Of a stretch of DNA of 64,000 nt, positions 1-11,463 are shown in pieces. The stretch spans positions 264,391-328,390 of the forward strand of contig MU004203.1 in assembly GCA_010093605.1 (NCBI GenBank), in the 5' to 3' direction. This stretch comes from Lophium mytilinum. Lineage: Eukaryota. The translations under genes were made by a program, and so were the position numbers. Each line of letters opens with the position of its first letter. The stretch's first letter is position 1. Below the pieces are notes generated by a model. It ran no database searches. It was not told the DNA's origin and saw only the letters and a list, made by a program, of their open reading frames with translations.

Positions 1-194
1 GTTGTGCAATCCTGGCAAAGCCTTGGAGCTTCCCGTCTGCTGACACAATTGGGCACGCTATCCAGAAGAGTGTAGAGTAGAAAAGAAGCTTCGTCTGAAG
101 GGAAGTGGGACGGGGGTGTGACAGAGATCTGCTTTGACCAGGATATCTGCAGTGAAGCGTCAGTAAGACCTTCATGCTAGAAAGTTCCCAATCC

Positions 195-941
195 TTACCT
201 GGTGAAATCTGGAACTGGATTCAAACTTCCATCTTTTCGATCTGAGGGTGTCAGGCCCGCCGGCATTCTCAATGGCGCCTCCTCATCCTCCGAGAGGGGA
301 TGTTCAGAGTGCAGAGATTCCCCTCTACACATATCCCTGATTTCGTTTGTATGCCTCTGCCCATCTCTTTGGCTGGTACCCAGCTTCCACTCGTCCGCTT
401 CTAGGAATTCAAACACCCAGATGTCGTAATCTGCCATATCTCCGTACACACGTTTGATCAAACGTTGGTCATCAAAACTCAAGGATTGGCGCCATTTTTC
501 GTAACACTCTGCTCTGAGTTCATGGCGTCTGACGCTTCTGAGAATCCTTGTCGAAACCTTTTCGTAAAAGCTTTGCCTCTTTGCCGACAACTTCCAGAGA
601 TAAGTTTGGCATCTTGCGTTGACCTCTGCGTTAGGCTTTGCAACTAACTCGTCCCAGAAGGCTGCGGATACATCGCAAGTCATTGTACGACAGCCAGGGT
701 CAGACTCCTCAAGCATATCAAAGTGTCCGTGTTGGTAGGAGTTGGTGGAGGGGGAGTCTCCGTGAGTATAGTCGGGAGGGCCGTTGAAGAGGGTCAGTTT
801 AGACATCATCTCGGGAGACTCAAGGATTTGCATGCTCAGAGCTAGCAATTTTGAGTGATATTGTGGTGGAAAAAGTTGTCGTCGCAGGTAGCCTCGCTGC
901 TCACCTCGAGAGAAACCGGTCGAGGTCAGCCGCCCAGCCAC
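195..941 (-). CDS. Hypothetical protein, 5' end unresolved (possibly degenerate)
   Basis: 248-aa ORF with protein-like composition. No recognisable motif, and no clean upstream exon or start was found. Confidence 0.3.
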   Translation of the reverse strand: MAGRLTSTGFSRGEQRGYLRRQLFPPQYHSKLLALSMQILESPEMMSKLTLFNGPPDYTHGDSPSTNSYQHGHFDMLEESDPGCRTMTCDVSAAFWDELVAKPNAEVNARCQTYLWKLSAKRQSFYEKVSTRILRSVRRHELRAECYEKWRQSLSFDDQRLIKRVYGDMADYDIWVFEFLEADEWKLGTSQRDGQRHTNEIRDMCRGESLHSEHPLSEDEEAPLRMPAGLTPSDRKDGSLNPVPDFTR

Positions 942-2105
942 CAGCCGCGCTGCGTTGGCAGTGCAGGCGATGCAAACTCATCACTTCGACTACAGCCTCA
1001 GCCTTCTCACCCTCAAACTCGACACCACGGTCCCATCTCGTTGATCTGAGCCTCAAGGGACATTTGAGCATCTATTATTTAGTCTTCTGGAGACGGTCCG
1101 CTTCGCAGTTCTTTGCCGACGAAGTCATCGTAGCTCCATCTATTTCACAGTACCCAAAAGGCGTTTCCGAGGGCATTACAACATGACGACTACACCTGAT
1201 CTCAGTTCAAGCTACCAGGTGGAATCGCAGGATGCTAGGTCCTTCTGTAAGACTGGACTAGTCTTCAACATCGTATGGCCAGAACCCGCGGGAAGAAAGC
1301 AGGATTCGACCGATAGCCAAATGTTGGCGAGGAGGTACAGTCTTCCTTTCACGAAACGAGCGATGATATGGAAAGTGTAGAGTTGGGTCGAATGCTAACA
1401 AGACGGGAGGACTAGATCGTCAGCTAGCGCCAACCCACGGCTCGGTCCAGTCCGCGGCGTACGAGCCTTCAACATCGTTAAATCAACACCCTCAGGATAT
1501 ATCACTTACCCGATACAAACATATCAAGCAGAAAGGCGCTCAAACTCAACCCGCCACGACCATGACGTGGTACACCACCATGGGCGACTGGAAAAATCGA
1601 CAAGGAACTGCCTTAGAGATGCCGCTAGGAGGCTAACTACCGCGCAGGCGTACGACTCCAGACTCATCGATAGCAGCAAGCACACACCCTTGAGGGAAGC
1701 CGATGGAGACACTTACCAGGCGGATAATGGCTACGGGGGTTTGTCGAATCACTGGGGTTTCGGGGGGCAATCTGCAGATGTCTACACACCAGGAGCAGAG
1801 GGTTTTCGAACAGCGATGTCAAAGGAAGTGATCCCAATCGTAGTAGCTTCTCTTGCTTGCATACTCAAAAGAAGCTACCGGAATGCCGAGCCGACTCGGA
1901 CGACTCCGAAGTCTGATCGAAATCTGGGCCATTGGCAGAGGGTTGGAAACAGCGATCATGCCGGATTTCGACCACGAGGCAGTTCAGCCCACGACACAGG
2001 CGGAAATTTCGACTCAATTCGCGTCTTCAGTACTACCCAAGATGGGAAATTGAGTGTTGGTCATCTCTCCAGTCGCAACGATACCAAAGCTAACAGTTAT
2101 CACAG

Positions 2106-2456
2106 TCCGCGTCTCTGTCACTCACTCGCCTCGTCACGTCCGCATTCAACAACGCCGGCCCTATAACACTCGTGATTGCCGCCGGGCTCTACATATTTGC
2201 CATTCTACTATACTGGCGCCAGCACGAGCGAGACATACATAAGTTAAAGTTCGTTGCTGGAGGCGTAGCCGCAGCCTTCGTGCTAGGCATTATACTAGGC
2301 AAGCCCACGAAAGACATTGTTGTGGACTACATGCCTTGGGGCATCATAGTCGGAATAATTCTGAGCTCTTTGTATCATTACGCGGCCAGGAAGATGTTCA
2401 GAGCCAGCGGAAACGCTGAAAAGAATGATATCTTGCTTGAACTAGGGCCCAATTAG
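2106..2456 (+). CDS. 3' exon of a hypothetical small membrane protein (about 3 TM segments)
   Basis: Branch/acceptor GCTAAC...CACAG ends at 2105, followed by an open frame SASLSLTRLVTSAFNNAGPITLVIAAGLYIFAILLYW... with hydrophobic stretches. Upstream exons not resolved. Confidence 0.35.
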   Translation, partial: SASLSLTRLVTSAFNNAGPITLVIAAGLYIFAILLYWRQHERDIHKLKFVAGGVAAAFVLGIILGKPTKDIVVDYMPWGIIVGIILSSLYHYAARKMFRASGNAEKNDILLELGPN

Positions 2457-3253
2457 CCATTTAACCGGGGGCATGACGCTGCACAGAGAATGGCAAGCCC
2501 ATGCTCTTGCTCAGACGTGTTTCCAAGGACCATTGTCCGTAGTTCGAGGGCCTTGCGTTACGGGTGGACAAGCGGGTGGAGCCCTTTCTAGTGGTTGAAA
2601 CACTACAGTACTAGGACTTTCGTAAGTGCAAAACCGAAAGCCAAATGGGATTTTAGCGTATATTCATATGGAAGTTCATGAACGACAGATAGAGCTGGTT
2701 CTGCTATAGAAATTGATGCGTTCCTAGTTGCCGTTGAAAACTCCCGATAAAACCTCGAAGAAAACTTCTAACCTCGTTGTACTCGCCATACTGTGAATGA
2801 GGATAAAGGCGAAGACTTCACCTGAGGAAGCTGAATAGAGCGTGAATGGTAATGATGGCATCCTTAGTTCTTGCAGATGAGACTGAGTATGATAAGATTG
2901 CTTCATTTATTCTAAAAGTTAACCGCCCAGTAGTTTTCACCCCACACTCCTTATTCTCAGCCTATATATACTGGCCAGTTTGAACATGTTTCTCAGGAAA
3001 GTTGCTGAACCATTCACACTCAGCTAGGCCAGCCGAGCTCACCGTCACCTAGTGGCAAAGAGCGAGGACGCTCTCCACCATCCCTCCTACAGAGAGACCC
3101 TTTCCTTTTGCCATTATCATGAGCTTAGGGCAATCGGTTCGAATTGCGCTGAGGCTAGGCTTTTCTTTTGCGCGTTTACTTTTTTGTAGTGGATGGGTGT
3201 GGATTGAGTGGTAGAGGAATGCAAATGCGATAAAGAGATCGCGAATGACATTG

Positions 3254-3375
3254 AAATTAAACACCCAAATTAAACACCCAATTTAAACACCCAAATTAAA
3301 CACCCAAATTAAACACCCAAATTAAACACCCAAATTAAACACCCAAATTAAACACCCAAATTAAACACCCAAATT
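3254..3375. repeat. 13-bp minisatellite (AAATTAAACACCC) x9 plus a partial copy
   Basis: Read directly. One variant unit, AATTTAAACACCC, at 3280-3292. Confidence 0.95.
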
Positions 3376-4559
3376 GAAAATGATCGTTCGGTCACTGTAC
3401 GCAGCCATGTGATACCTCTGAGGGCTGATGAATGTGTTGTAAGAGTGGAAAGGGCTAAGATGATAGGGTTCTTATCTGTAGCTCAACTATGCTTCGGCTA
3501 GAACTACCATACGACACTCGGGGTTTTAGTGCGGCAGTCTTAGACGGCGCTAAGAGCTACCCCTTCCCAGCTTACCTTCGTACTCTCCAGGCTTTGAACA
3601 GACTCTTTCCCTTCCTCAATGTATATGCTCATGTCGGCTGGATCGCTATGATAGGCGCTAGAGGTCGTTCAAAGGCGTGTGCAGCCTATGGTCAGCGTCA
3701 TGTCAAATGCGAGTAGAATAGCACCATCGTTTTTCCTAAGAAATTGAACCTCAGACTCCAATATCTCCTGGCTTTCAACCCATCATTGACACTTCAGATG
3801 AGAGAAGACCAAATTATCTACGATGCGTCAAAGGTATCTACGATTGTAGTAGATACCGCGAGACGCGGATCGTTCACTTGGAGAGAATTCAACCGCATTC
3901 AGCACGGACAACAATGACGCTGGGGATCAGACTCTTGCACTTCACCAAGTGTTGAACACATTCACCCAATACCACGTCCAAAACTCTCTCATTCTCATTA
4001 TGTCCTATCCCAAACATGTCTTCGTTGCAGAACGATATCTGCGTTACGTATACTTTAGCGAATCTTCTGCTCGGAGCCGCCTACGACGGCAAAACGCGAA
4101 TCCGAACCACAGGACTAATTAGATGAAACAGTAGCGAGCACATACTTTCTCTCTCTTGCTAAAACTCACTTTAGAAGCCAGCATCGAGAAGATAGATTGG
4201 TCAAAAATGGCGTGGTGTTGTACGGAGTTGCATGGAGAGAGTTGCACACAGTACTGGCAGACGCCCATCAAAGCCAGACTCGCAACATGCTGATTCGGTC
4301 GTCACAGTGAGTTTTCTTGAAGTGAATGTATTGGGCATTGGTGTCGCTAAGCCATCTTCAAAGGATGAAATACGCGTCGCTAACACCCTCAGTTCCTCAT
4401 ATTGGACGAGCCAGATGAATAGCTAAGTCATTCCTTATCCGCTCATGAATCAGGCCGAGCTCTTCGAGTGCTAGGTATCTTCTCAAGGACTTTGCTAATA
4501 TCAAGGCGACGGAAGATTGTTGATTTGTCGACGCCGGCCAATCATTCGGCAATGACCAT

Positions 4560-6124
4560 TCATGATCGCAGGTTGGTCACAACAATCCACTTTAGCTTCC
4601 TCGCCTTCTTGCTGGCTTTCTCGTCCTTTTCTCGCTGCTTCTTGCTTTCCTTCGGCTTCGTTGTAGGGTACGCTTGGTCTAATGCTCCTTCTTTGTATCC
4701 GCTCATCTTCGGCTCCTTTCCCTCATACTTACGCAGAAGCTTCTCTCTCTTCTTCTCGACTTTCCCGATGTCTTTGCACCTGTCTTCTTCAGTCTTCCCG
4801 GCCTTCTTCGGCCCTTTACCGAGTGTCTTCTTCTGCGCCTTTAGATCTATTTGTTCAATTTCCAGTTCTAGCGCGTGCAGCTCGCGCTCGACTTTATCTG
4901 TCCGGGTGGGTTTGCCACTGTCGCTGGAATCTGAGCTGGACGAGCTCGAACTCGAGGTTCGGTTCAACTTGTCACGGTCCTTGGCCGCCTTTTTTTGGTT
5001 CTTGGCAATGGTCGCCTGGATCTGCTTCGCACTGAGCTTGTCGAGTACGTTTGACGGGGGAGCAGGAGGTGGGACGTCGAAAGTAAGCGGAGACATATGC
5101 GATGCTAAAGCTTGTAGACGGCGCTCTCGGATGGTGGTCGCATCTGAGTTGAGGTCCAGAGGCCTGCAGATCAGAGGTCAGTGCCATAATCCTCGAAATG
5201 GCATCCAAAGGTATTGAACTTGAACTACTTACAGCAGAACAGGCCCGTTGGCAGGGTATCCGACAACAGCAGCCAGCTCCTCATCGCCAACAAGCGAAGC
5301 CTTCAGCGCTCGCGGACCAAAATACTCCTTATTGACCCTCTCCATGAACATCTTCGTCCTCGTTATCGTCACGGCTGCAGTGCCTGCTCCAGCGGCAAGA
5401 CCAATGCCAGCGCTAGCTGCTTGCGCCCAGTGATGCGGACTGAGCATCATCAGCATCCCCTCACACCATCATATCGGGGAAGCAAGCTCACACAAGACCA
5501 ATCCCATTCCCAACAACATTCAAAGCCTGCAGCGGCGCCGGTGCTGCCTGTGCGATCGCCAACGCATCGATGAAAGCGACGAAGTGCTCGAGCTGGACGT
5601 CGTGGCTCTGCAGCGCGTAGCTGTAGGCCCGGGTGAACGGCATCGGGCGGCCTAGGCGGGGGATGTCAATCTGTGGGATTGCTACCGGCTTCTGAGGAGG
5701 CGGTGATTAGCAAAAGAATGGGTGTGGTAGAGATGTTACTGACAGCTAGCAGAGGCATGGGCGATAGAGGCGTTTGCGGGGGAGGTGGGAGCCAGGACAG
5801 CTTTTGGGCTACTATTTCCTCGTCGGAAGCCTCGATGACGGACGCCTCTGTTGGAGGGGTCTTCGTGTTCGTTGGTCTTGCACTCGACCGATGTTGGGAG
5901 CTTAGGAAGTATACTGGATCGCTTGCATGATGATGCTCTCCCGCCATTGGTGTTGATCTGTTTCTGGAAGACACAGTCGCGTAACTCCCGTTTTGCTGCC
6001 CTGGCGTTCCTCCTGCCTCACTCCCGCGAGATGTGGACGCAGCGTAGTAGCTAGGCGGTAGTTCTGAAGAGCTTGCCAAGGGAGCACCATATTGGTAAGT
6101 TTGTTCGGACATCGTGGGAACCAT
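4560..6124 (-). CDS. Conserved-looking fungal hypothetical protein, 4 exons, Lys/Glu-rich C-terminus
   Basis: Three GT..AG introns join the ORF pieces in frame: ...PLLA|KPVAIPQIDIPRLGRPMPFTRAY...GIGLV|PHHWAQAASAGIG...PVLL|PLDLNSD...KLKWIVVTNLRS. Start is 6124 or 6112. Confidence 0.7.
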
Positions 6125-6889
6125 AGGTATTCGGCGCGAGGGAAACGCAAAGCCAAAGGATCGATGGTTCTCACGTGCAGGCAATGGAGAGAGGGATTCA
6201 AGTGCTCATGTGCGTGTCTCAACGCACAGAAGCACGTCCGGAAGACTATCCTTATAGTACTCATCCTATGTCCGCAGCACTGGAGCTTACTTGCTTCCAG
6301 CCCTCGATCATTAGCCTTAGGGCTTCGACGATCATATCGCGAAATGCACTGAAGACAGCTTAGTGCATTGCTATATCTACAGTAGAATCTCTTCCGATGA
6401 CGTCTGGTCAGCTACACAAGCACTTCTGCAAGGTAGTGTCTTAGCGGCTGTGCCGTTTGGGTTTAACGTTGATCCCGAATAGGTCCATTTTTCGACGCTA
6501 ACTCGAACGTCCAAGCGCAGTCTAGTGTGTGCACGTCCCTTCTAACCTGTTTATCCAGTAAGAGCTGCCCTCGAGTTCTTTTCATATTTGGAATGCCAAC
6601 GTCTAGCATGCATGCTACCTTCTGACTGTATCAGCTCTCACGGATGAAACTATAGCGGCGGCCGCCTGACAGATTGCAGGGACTAGCGGATGAGAAAACA
6701 GTGTGTGAGGAGATAGTGGTAGACTCCGCATAGTATGAGACATCACGATTTCAATTCTTCCAGCTATTCCGATTATATAAAGAGATACATATCCGTTTCA
6801 AGCTGTGTGTTCAGAACACTGGATTATCTCTTCCCCTTGAGCCCGTTTCCACTCCTAAAATAGTAAAACTTCTCTCGATATAACAGCTT

Positions 6890-7549
6890 TTAAAGCGCAG
6901 CAACAACCCCCACGAAACCCGCCAGCATCCCCGCAACAGCAGCAAACGCAGTCTGCTGAGCCGCAGCACCTGTGCTCACCGCGCTGCTTCCCGAGGCGCT
7001 TGCAGTCGCCGCAGACGCCGCGCTTCCAGACGCCGACGTCGCAGCATCACCTCCAGACTTCGACGCCGCCGTCGCATGGCCTCCTGCTTTCGTCGTGGCT
7101 CCGCAGCTCGCAAGGCTCATCAACGCGGTGTTGGTCGGTAAAACGGTGGGCACACTCAGCGCACTCCCCGCACTCAACGTCGCCGCAAACGGACACGCCG
7201 TCTTGTACACCGACTCCCAGCTCTCCAGCTTCGCCGAGTTCGCCTTCGCCCAGGAGCTGAGCGCGCTGGTGTAGGAGGTGTATTCCGCGCCGGCGGAGCC
7301 CGTGATGGAGGGGATCTCGCAGGGGTTCGTCCAAGTGGCGAGAGCGGAGAGGACGGCGGAGGGGGCGGTGGGCACGGCCTGGAGGCTGGAGGGCAGGATG
7401 CAGGCGGAGGGGATGAGGGTGCTTAGGTCGATGGAGCTGGCATCTTGGCGTCTCTCGACTTGGCGGACTTGGATGACGTCTACTTTGGGATGGGGGGAGG
7501 CGAGGACGGTCGCGGTGAAGAGGGTAGTCAGGATGATTGTAGAACGCAT
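6890..7549 (-). CDS. Secreted Ser/Thr/Ala-rich, probably GPI-anchored cell-surface protein (219 aa)
   Basis: Signal peptide MRSTIILTTLFTATVLA, a 4-Cys core, a Ser/Ala linker and a C-terminal hydrophobic GPI-type signal (STGAAAQQTAFAAVAGMLAGFVGVVAAL). Confidence 0.85.
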   Translation of the reverse strand: MRSTIILTTLFTATVLASPHPKVDVIQVRQVERRQDASSIDLSTLIPSACILPSSLQAVPTAPSAVLSALATWTNPCEIPSITGSAGAEYTSYTSALSSWAKANSAKLESWESVYKTACPFAATLSAGSALSVPTVLPTNTALMSLASCGATTKAGGHATAASKSGGDAATSASGSAASAATASASGSSAVSTGAAAQQTAFAAVAGMLAGFVGVVAAL

Positions 7550-8208
7550 TTTGAATTGAGGTGAAGGAGTGGATATTAAAAACAAAGGAAGGAGTTGAAA
7601 GTTCAGTTTTAGCTAGAGGAGTTCTAGGAGAGGATTGAAGACTGCGTAGAGCGGGGGAGAAGGCGGAAAAGGGGAAATATATGTAGTGCTCTCCACATAG
7701 GAAAGAAATTGTCTAAGCGCCACGCTCCTCGCATAGCAAGTAGGCGAAGCCTTTTAGTGGCCGCAACTTTAAGCCATTGAAGCTTTTTTAGGCACATGGC
7801 TGCCTTGAGCTGAAGGAATCGTTTCCCTAATTTCGTATTTGGGCTGTTCAAGGGTGAAGCTGAAAAGTGTGGCGCCGCCCCTGCGTGAAACTAACCAACC
7901 GCCGCATCAGTCTTCGTCCACAACATAGCGAACGCAGTATTCTTTACGATTTGGCCGCGTGATAGTTTATTCTGAGGAGCTGGTTGTCATAACTATGCTG
8001 CGTTGCTTTCGGGATCGAATGAGTTGTACACGTTGCAAAGAAACCGACGAGTAGATAGTTATTGTGCAAAGTAGGTATTGCAAATGATGTCGAGGGGCTT
8101 TTCTAAAGTAGTTAGAGCCAACACTGCCCGCAGTTGGCGGCTGTTAACTCCCTTAGCCTGGTCGCGCCGATGTTTTAGCGTGAAACACGTCCATCTGTTT
8201 CTCAGGCC

Positions 8209-10581
8209 ATGGCGTCCGAATCTCTCTGCTCTCGATGCTCTGAACTACCATTTGAATCGCTTTTCTTTGGATCGTTTTCTCGCCATGATGAGCAGCTACC
8301 GCTCAAAATCCTACATGAGGTGTGGGAAACTAGCAATTGTCTGTTCTGTGGCCTCGTCAAAGATCTCCTCGGAGCACATTTCGGCACAGAATACATCGAG
8401 GCCAGGCTTGCGGATGGACACTATGCAGATATAATACTGTATCGCACGCCACTGGATGTATCATTCGATCGCTACAAACGCTCCACAGATGTCAATGTGG
8501 CGTGCTACCTCGCAGTCGGGTTTAGTACTCCAGACCATCTTATCGGCACACAGCCTTCGCTGTTCCGCCAGGACAGACAGCGAAATGACAACTTCAATCG
8601 GGATTGGGTGATGCCTTCGATATTCGCCATTGCGGATTCGGAAGATAAGATGACCAGGGGGCTTCCAGGCCGCTATGTGGATCGTGATAGAGTGGACTGT
8701 CAACTTATCAAGCGTTGGTACTCGGCTTGCTTGGGTTCTCATGAGGTTAACGATAAAGAGAGCTCTACCGAGTCATTCTCTTCATCACGTCCAAATTATC
8801 GCTCACATTTGCGAGTCATCGACGTGGAGGATGCATGCATTGTACCATGCCCACCGGACGCTCCCTACATAGCCCTGAGCTACCAATGGGGCGCAGATCA
8901 GAAAATCAAGTTGAAGAAAGAATCTCTAAAGATCATGACAACACCAGGCTTCTTTAACACGGCAGAGGGCGAACCGGCGCAAACCATTCGGGACACAATG
9001 ACCATGGTGCAGCAATTAGGGTACAGGTACGCATGGGTTGATGCCTTGTGCATTGTACAAGACGATGCCGAGAACGTCACTGAGAACGTGGATCGAATGG
9101 ATCAAGTCTACCAAGGAGCACATCTTGCTATCGTCGCAGCCGCTGGCCAAAATGCCTACCACGGCCTCCCAGGAGTCTCGACACCGCGGAACGAACATCA
9201 GCTACGCGTCCGCATCAAAGGTATCACGATCTGTAGTATGCTCGAGAACGCAAACGGGGCCATTACTTTCACGCGATGGAATACGCGTGGATGGACATAC
9301 CAAGAGCGGCTTCTCTCGAAGAGACTTGTTACGTTCACAACGTCTCAGGTATTTTACCAATGCGACCGGGGCTGTGACTATCAAGAACAGTATCATCACG
9401 CACCCGGCAGCGACTACACCCACACTATCCCCGATCCGCTCGCAAGGCTCGATTTCGAGAATCGAAATATCTGGGAAGTGTATGCCATTGCAGTCGCAGA
9501 GTACACCAGACGGTCCCTTACTGATCCACTGGACAAGCTGCGCGCTTTAAGCGGCATATTGAATTTCCTCGAGCAACCATTTGGCGCACCCTTCTTCTTT
9601 GGTATTCCTACTATACTATTCGATGTGGCATTACTTTGGAAGCCGTTTGGCCCTTACAGTCGTGGCAACTCGGCATTTCCTAGCTGGTCATGGGTTGGCT
9701 GGGATGGCGCTGTCGTCTATGAGTTGACGGACTATATGAGAAACATGTGCGAATGCGTTATCAGTCAAGCCGAGATAAAACCACTAGACCACCCATTTCG
9801 TATATGCTCCGATATCACTTCTGAGGCAAACATTCCGTCCCTAAATTTTGATACCTCAAAATGGCGCCGGAAATTTGACGAAGAAGAACTCACAGTTGAG
9901 TACGAAAATCTTGACCTAAGGTACTCGAAATACCGCTACCCACGTCCGCTCCCATTCCGACTCCCTAGTAGTCCGGATCGAAAATTCTTCTCGCACCCAT
10001 CATCGACAGTACTCAACATCTCCGCAAAAGTAGCAGAGTTCTGGTTGACCAACGAGCACTCCCTGATGGCAGATCCACTATTCGGTGTCAAAGCAGCGTG
10101 CAAACAAGGTGTCCACGAATTATGCTACCTCGCCATCCTAAACGACCAGCAACAGATAGCCGGCACAATCATAGTCAGCGGCGCCCTTTTGGGCCAACTA
10201 GCCAATAAGAAGCACAGATTCCTCGAACTCTCGCGCTCAACGCTGTATCGCATCGAGGATGACCCATCTTGGGATCCTGTCACGCACTCGTTCCAACACT
10301 GGCACAAACAAAAACCTTCAGTCAGAGTTGAGAATTTGAAGGAGGCTCCGAGAGTTTATGCTCGACCGGGACAGTCTTCATTTCTTGCGGATGATGACGT
10401 CGAGTCCAACGACGATTTTTTCGACAAAGAGTGCTTCAGCGATCGGGTGTTCTGGCCGGCGGTTAATGTTCTGTTGTTGTCGGAAGAGAAAGGAGGTGTT
10501 GTGGAGAGGCTGGGCGTTGGGAAGATACATATTGATGCTTTTGAGCCTGTTGCTGTACAAGAGCAGACACTCTTGGGATGA
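8209..10581 (+). CDS. HET (heterokaryon incompatibility) domain protein, intronless, 790 aa
   Basis: HET motifs LRVIDV, YIALSYQWG, YAWVDALCIVQDD, MDQVYQGA, WNTRGWTYQE and FPSWSWVGW. Confidence 0.9.
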   Translation: MASESLCSRCSELPFESLFFGSFSRHDEQLPLKILHEVWETSNCLFCGLVKDLLGAHFGTEYIEARLADGHYADIILYRTPLDVSFDRYKRSTDVNVACYLAVGFSTPDHLIGTQPSLFRQDRQRNDNFNRDWVMPSIFAIADSEDKMTRGLPGRYVDRDRVDCQLIKRWYSACLGSHEVNDKESSTESFSSSRPNYRSHLRVIDVEDACIVPCPPDAPYIALSYQWGADQKIKLKKESLKIMTTPGFFNTAEGEPAQTIRDTMTMVQQLGYRYAWVDALCIVQDDAENVTENVDRMDQVYQGAHLAIVAAAGQNAYHGLPGVSTPRNEHQLRVRIKGITICSMLENANGAITFTRWNTRGWTYQERLLSKRLVTFTTSQVFYQCDRGCDYQEQYHHAPGSDYTHTIPDPLARLDFENRNIWEVYAIAVAEYTRRSLTDPLDKLRALSGILNFLEQPFGAPFFFGIPTILFDVALLWKPFGPYSRGNSAFPSWSWVGWDGAVVYELTDYMRNMCECVISQAEIKPLDHPFRICSDITSEANIPSLNFDTSKWRRKFDEEELTVEYENLDLRYSKYRYPRPLPFRLPSSPDRKFFSHPSSTVLNISAKVAEFWLTNEHSLMADPLFGVKAACKQGVHELCYLAILNDQQQIAGTIIVSGALLGQLANKKHRFLELSRSTLYRIEDDPSWDPVTHSFQHWHKQKPSVRVENLKEAPRVYARPGQSSFLADDDVESNDDFFDKECFSDRVFWPAVNVLLLSEEKGGVVERLGVGKIHIDAFEPVAVQEQTLLG

Positions 10582-11463
10582 TCTTCGTATCTCGAAGGTG
10601 GCCATATACAATAGATAGGTCGAAGAACATCTGCAAAGTCTACTCCTCCATTCTCATTTCCCAGGTTTCTGCAATAGCAAATAGTACCGGTCTTGGGAAG
10701 CCGAGCACAGGGTCGCCGCGTTCCACGTTGGTAAAGCAGGATGGAACGTTACAGTTGCAGAATCACGTCCGTTTTCGGAGGACAGGCGCAAGCTTGCGGG
10801 CCTAGTTCGGGAAGAATCGCTTTCAATAAAAAGGCTCTGTGTTGAATCTCAAGCTGGAGAAATCACGGTGCAGAGGGCGTTTGCGTATATGCGCCCCATT
10901 AGAGCGGCTTCCTTTCCCCAGTCCTCGAGTGAGTCTTCGAGAATTCACAACGCTACGATCTATGAGTGGTGCAACCATGTTGATCTCAAGGCGGACGCTC
11001 GGGGACACCTAAGTTTGTCTCTAAAGTACTATTTATATGTTTATTCTTATATACTTGTCTTAATTAAGAATAAGTAGCAGACTTTAATTCCCATCTACAT
11101 AGGTAGACTAGATAAGTTGATGAACGGTATAGAATCAAGAGTTTCACTTCTCACTTTGTATACATTCATCACGTCGCTAGTTGAGCAAGTATGATTTTTA
11201 TTTTATTTTGGAAAAATTGCGTTTCCAGCTGCAAAACGCGCACCAGCACTGAGGTGTTCAAAACAAACCATGATCAGGCTGAGCTGGAGATGAATTATAT
11301 TGCATCTAAATCAGAATGATCTAGTGGGGTATTAAATACGACATTGAAGGGCTCTGTTGATTACAGGAATCAACAAGAGGGGTAAGGGACGAGAGGCTTC
11401 TAAGATCGAGCTTACAGGCCCGAATTTCACCAGGCCTCCCCCATCAACCCGTCCTCGACGACT

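Noticed and set aside
11020..11110. TA-rich patch with a short inverted repeat, possible RIP relic
   Set aside because: Too short to distinguish from ordinary terminator-region AT richness between convergent genes.
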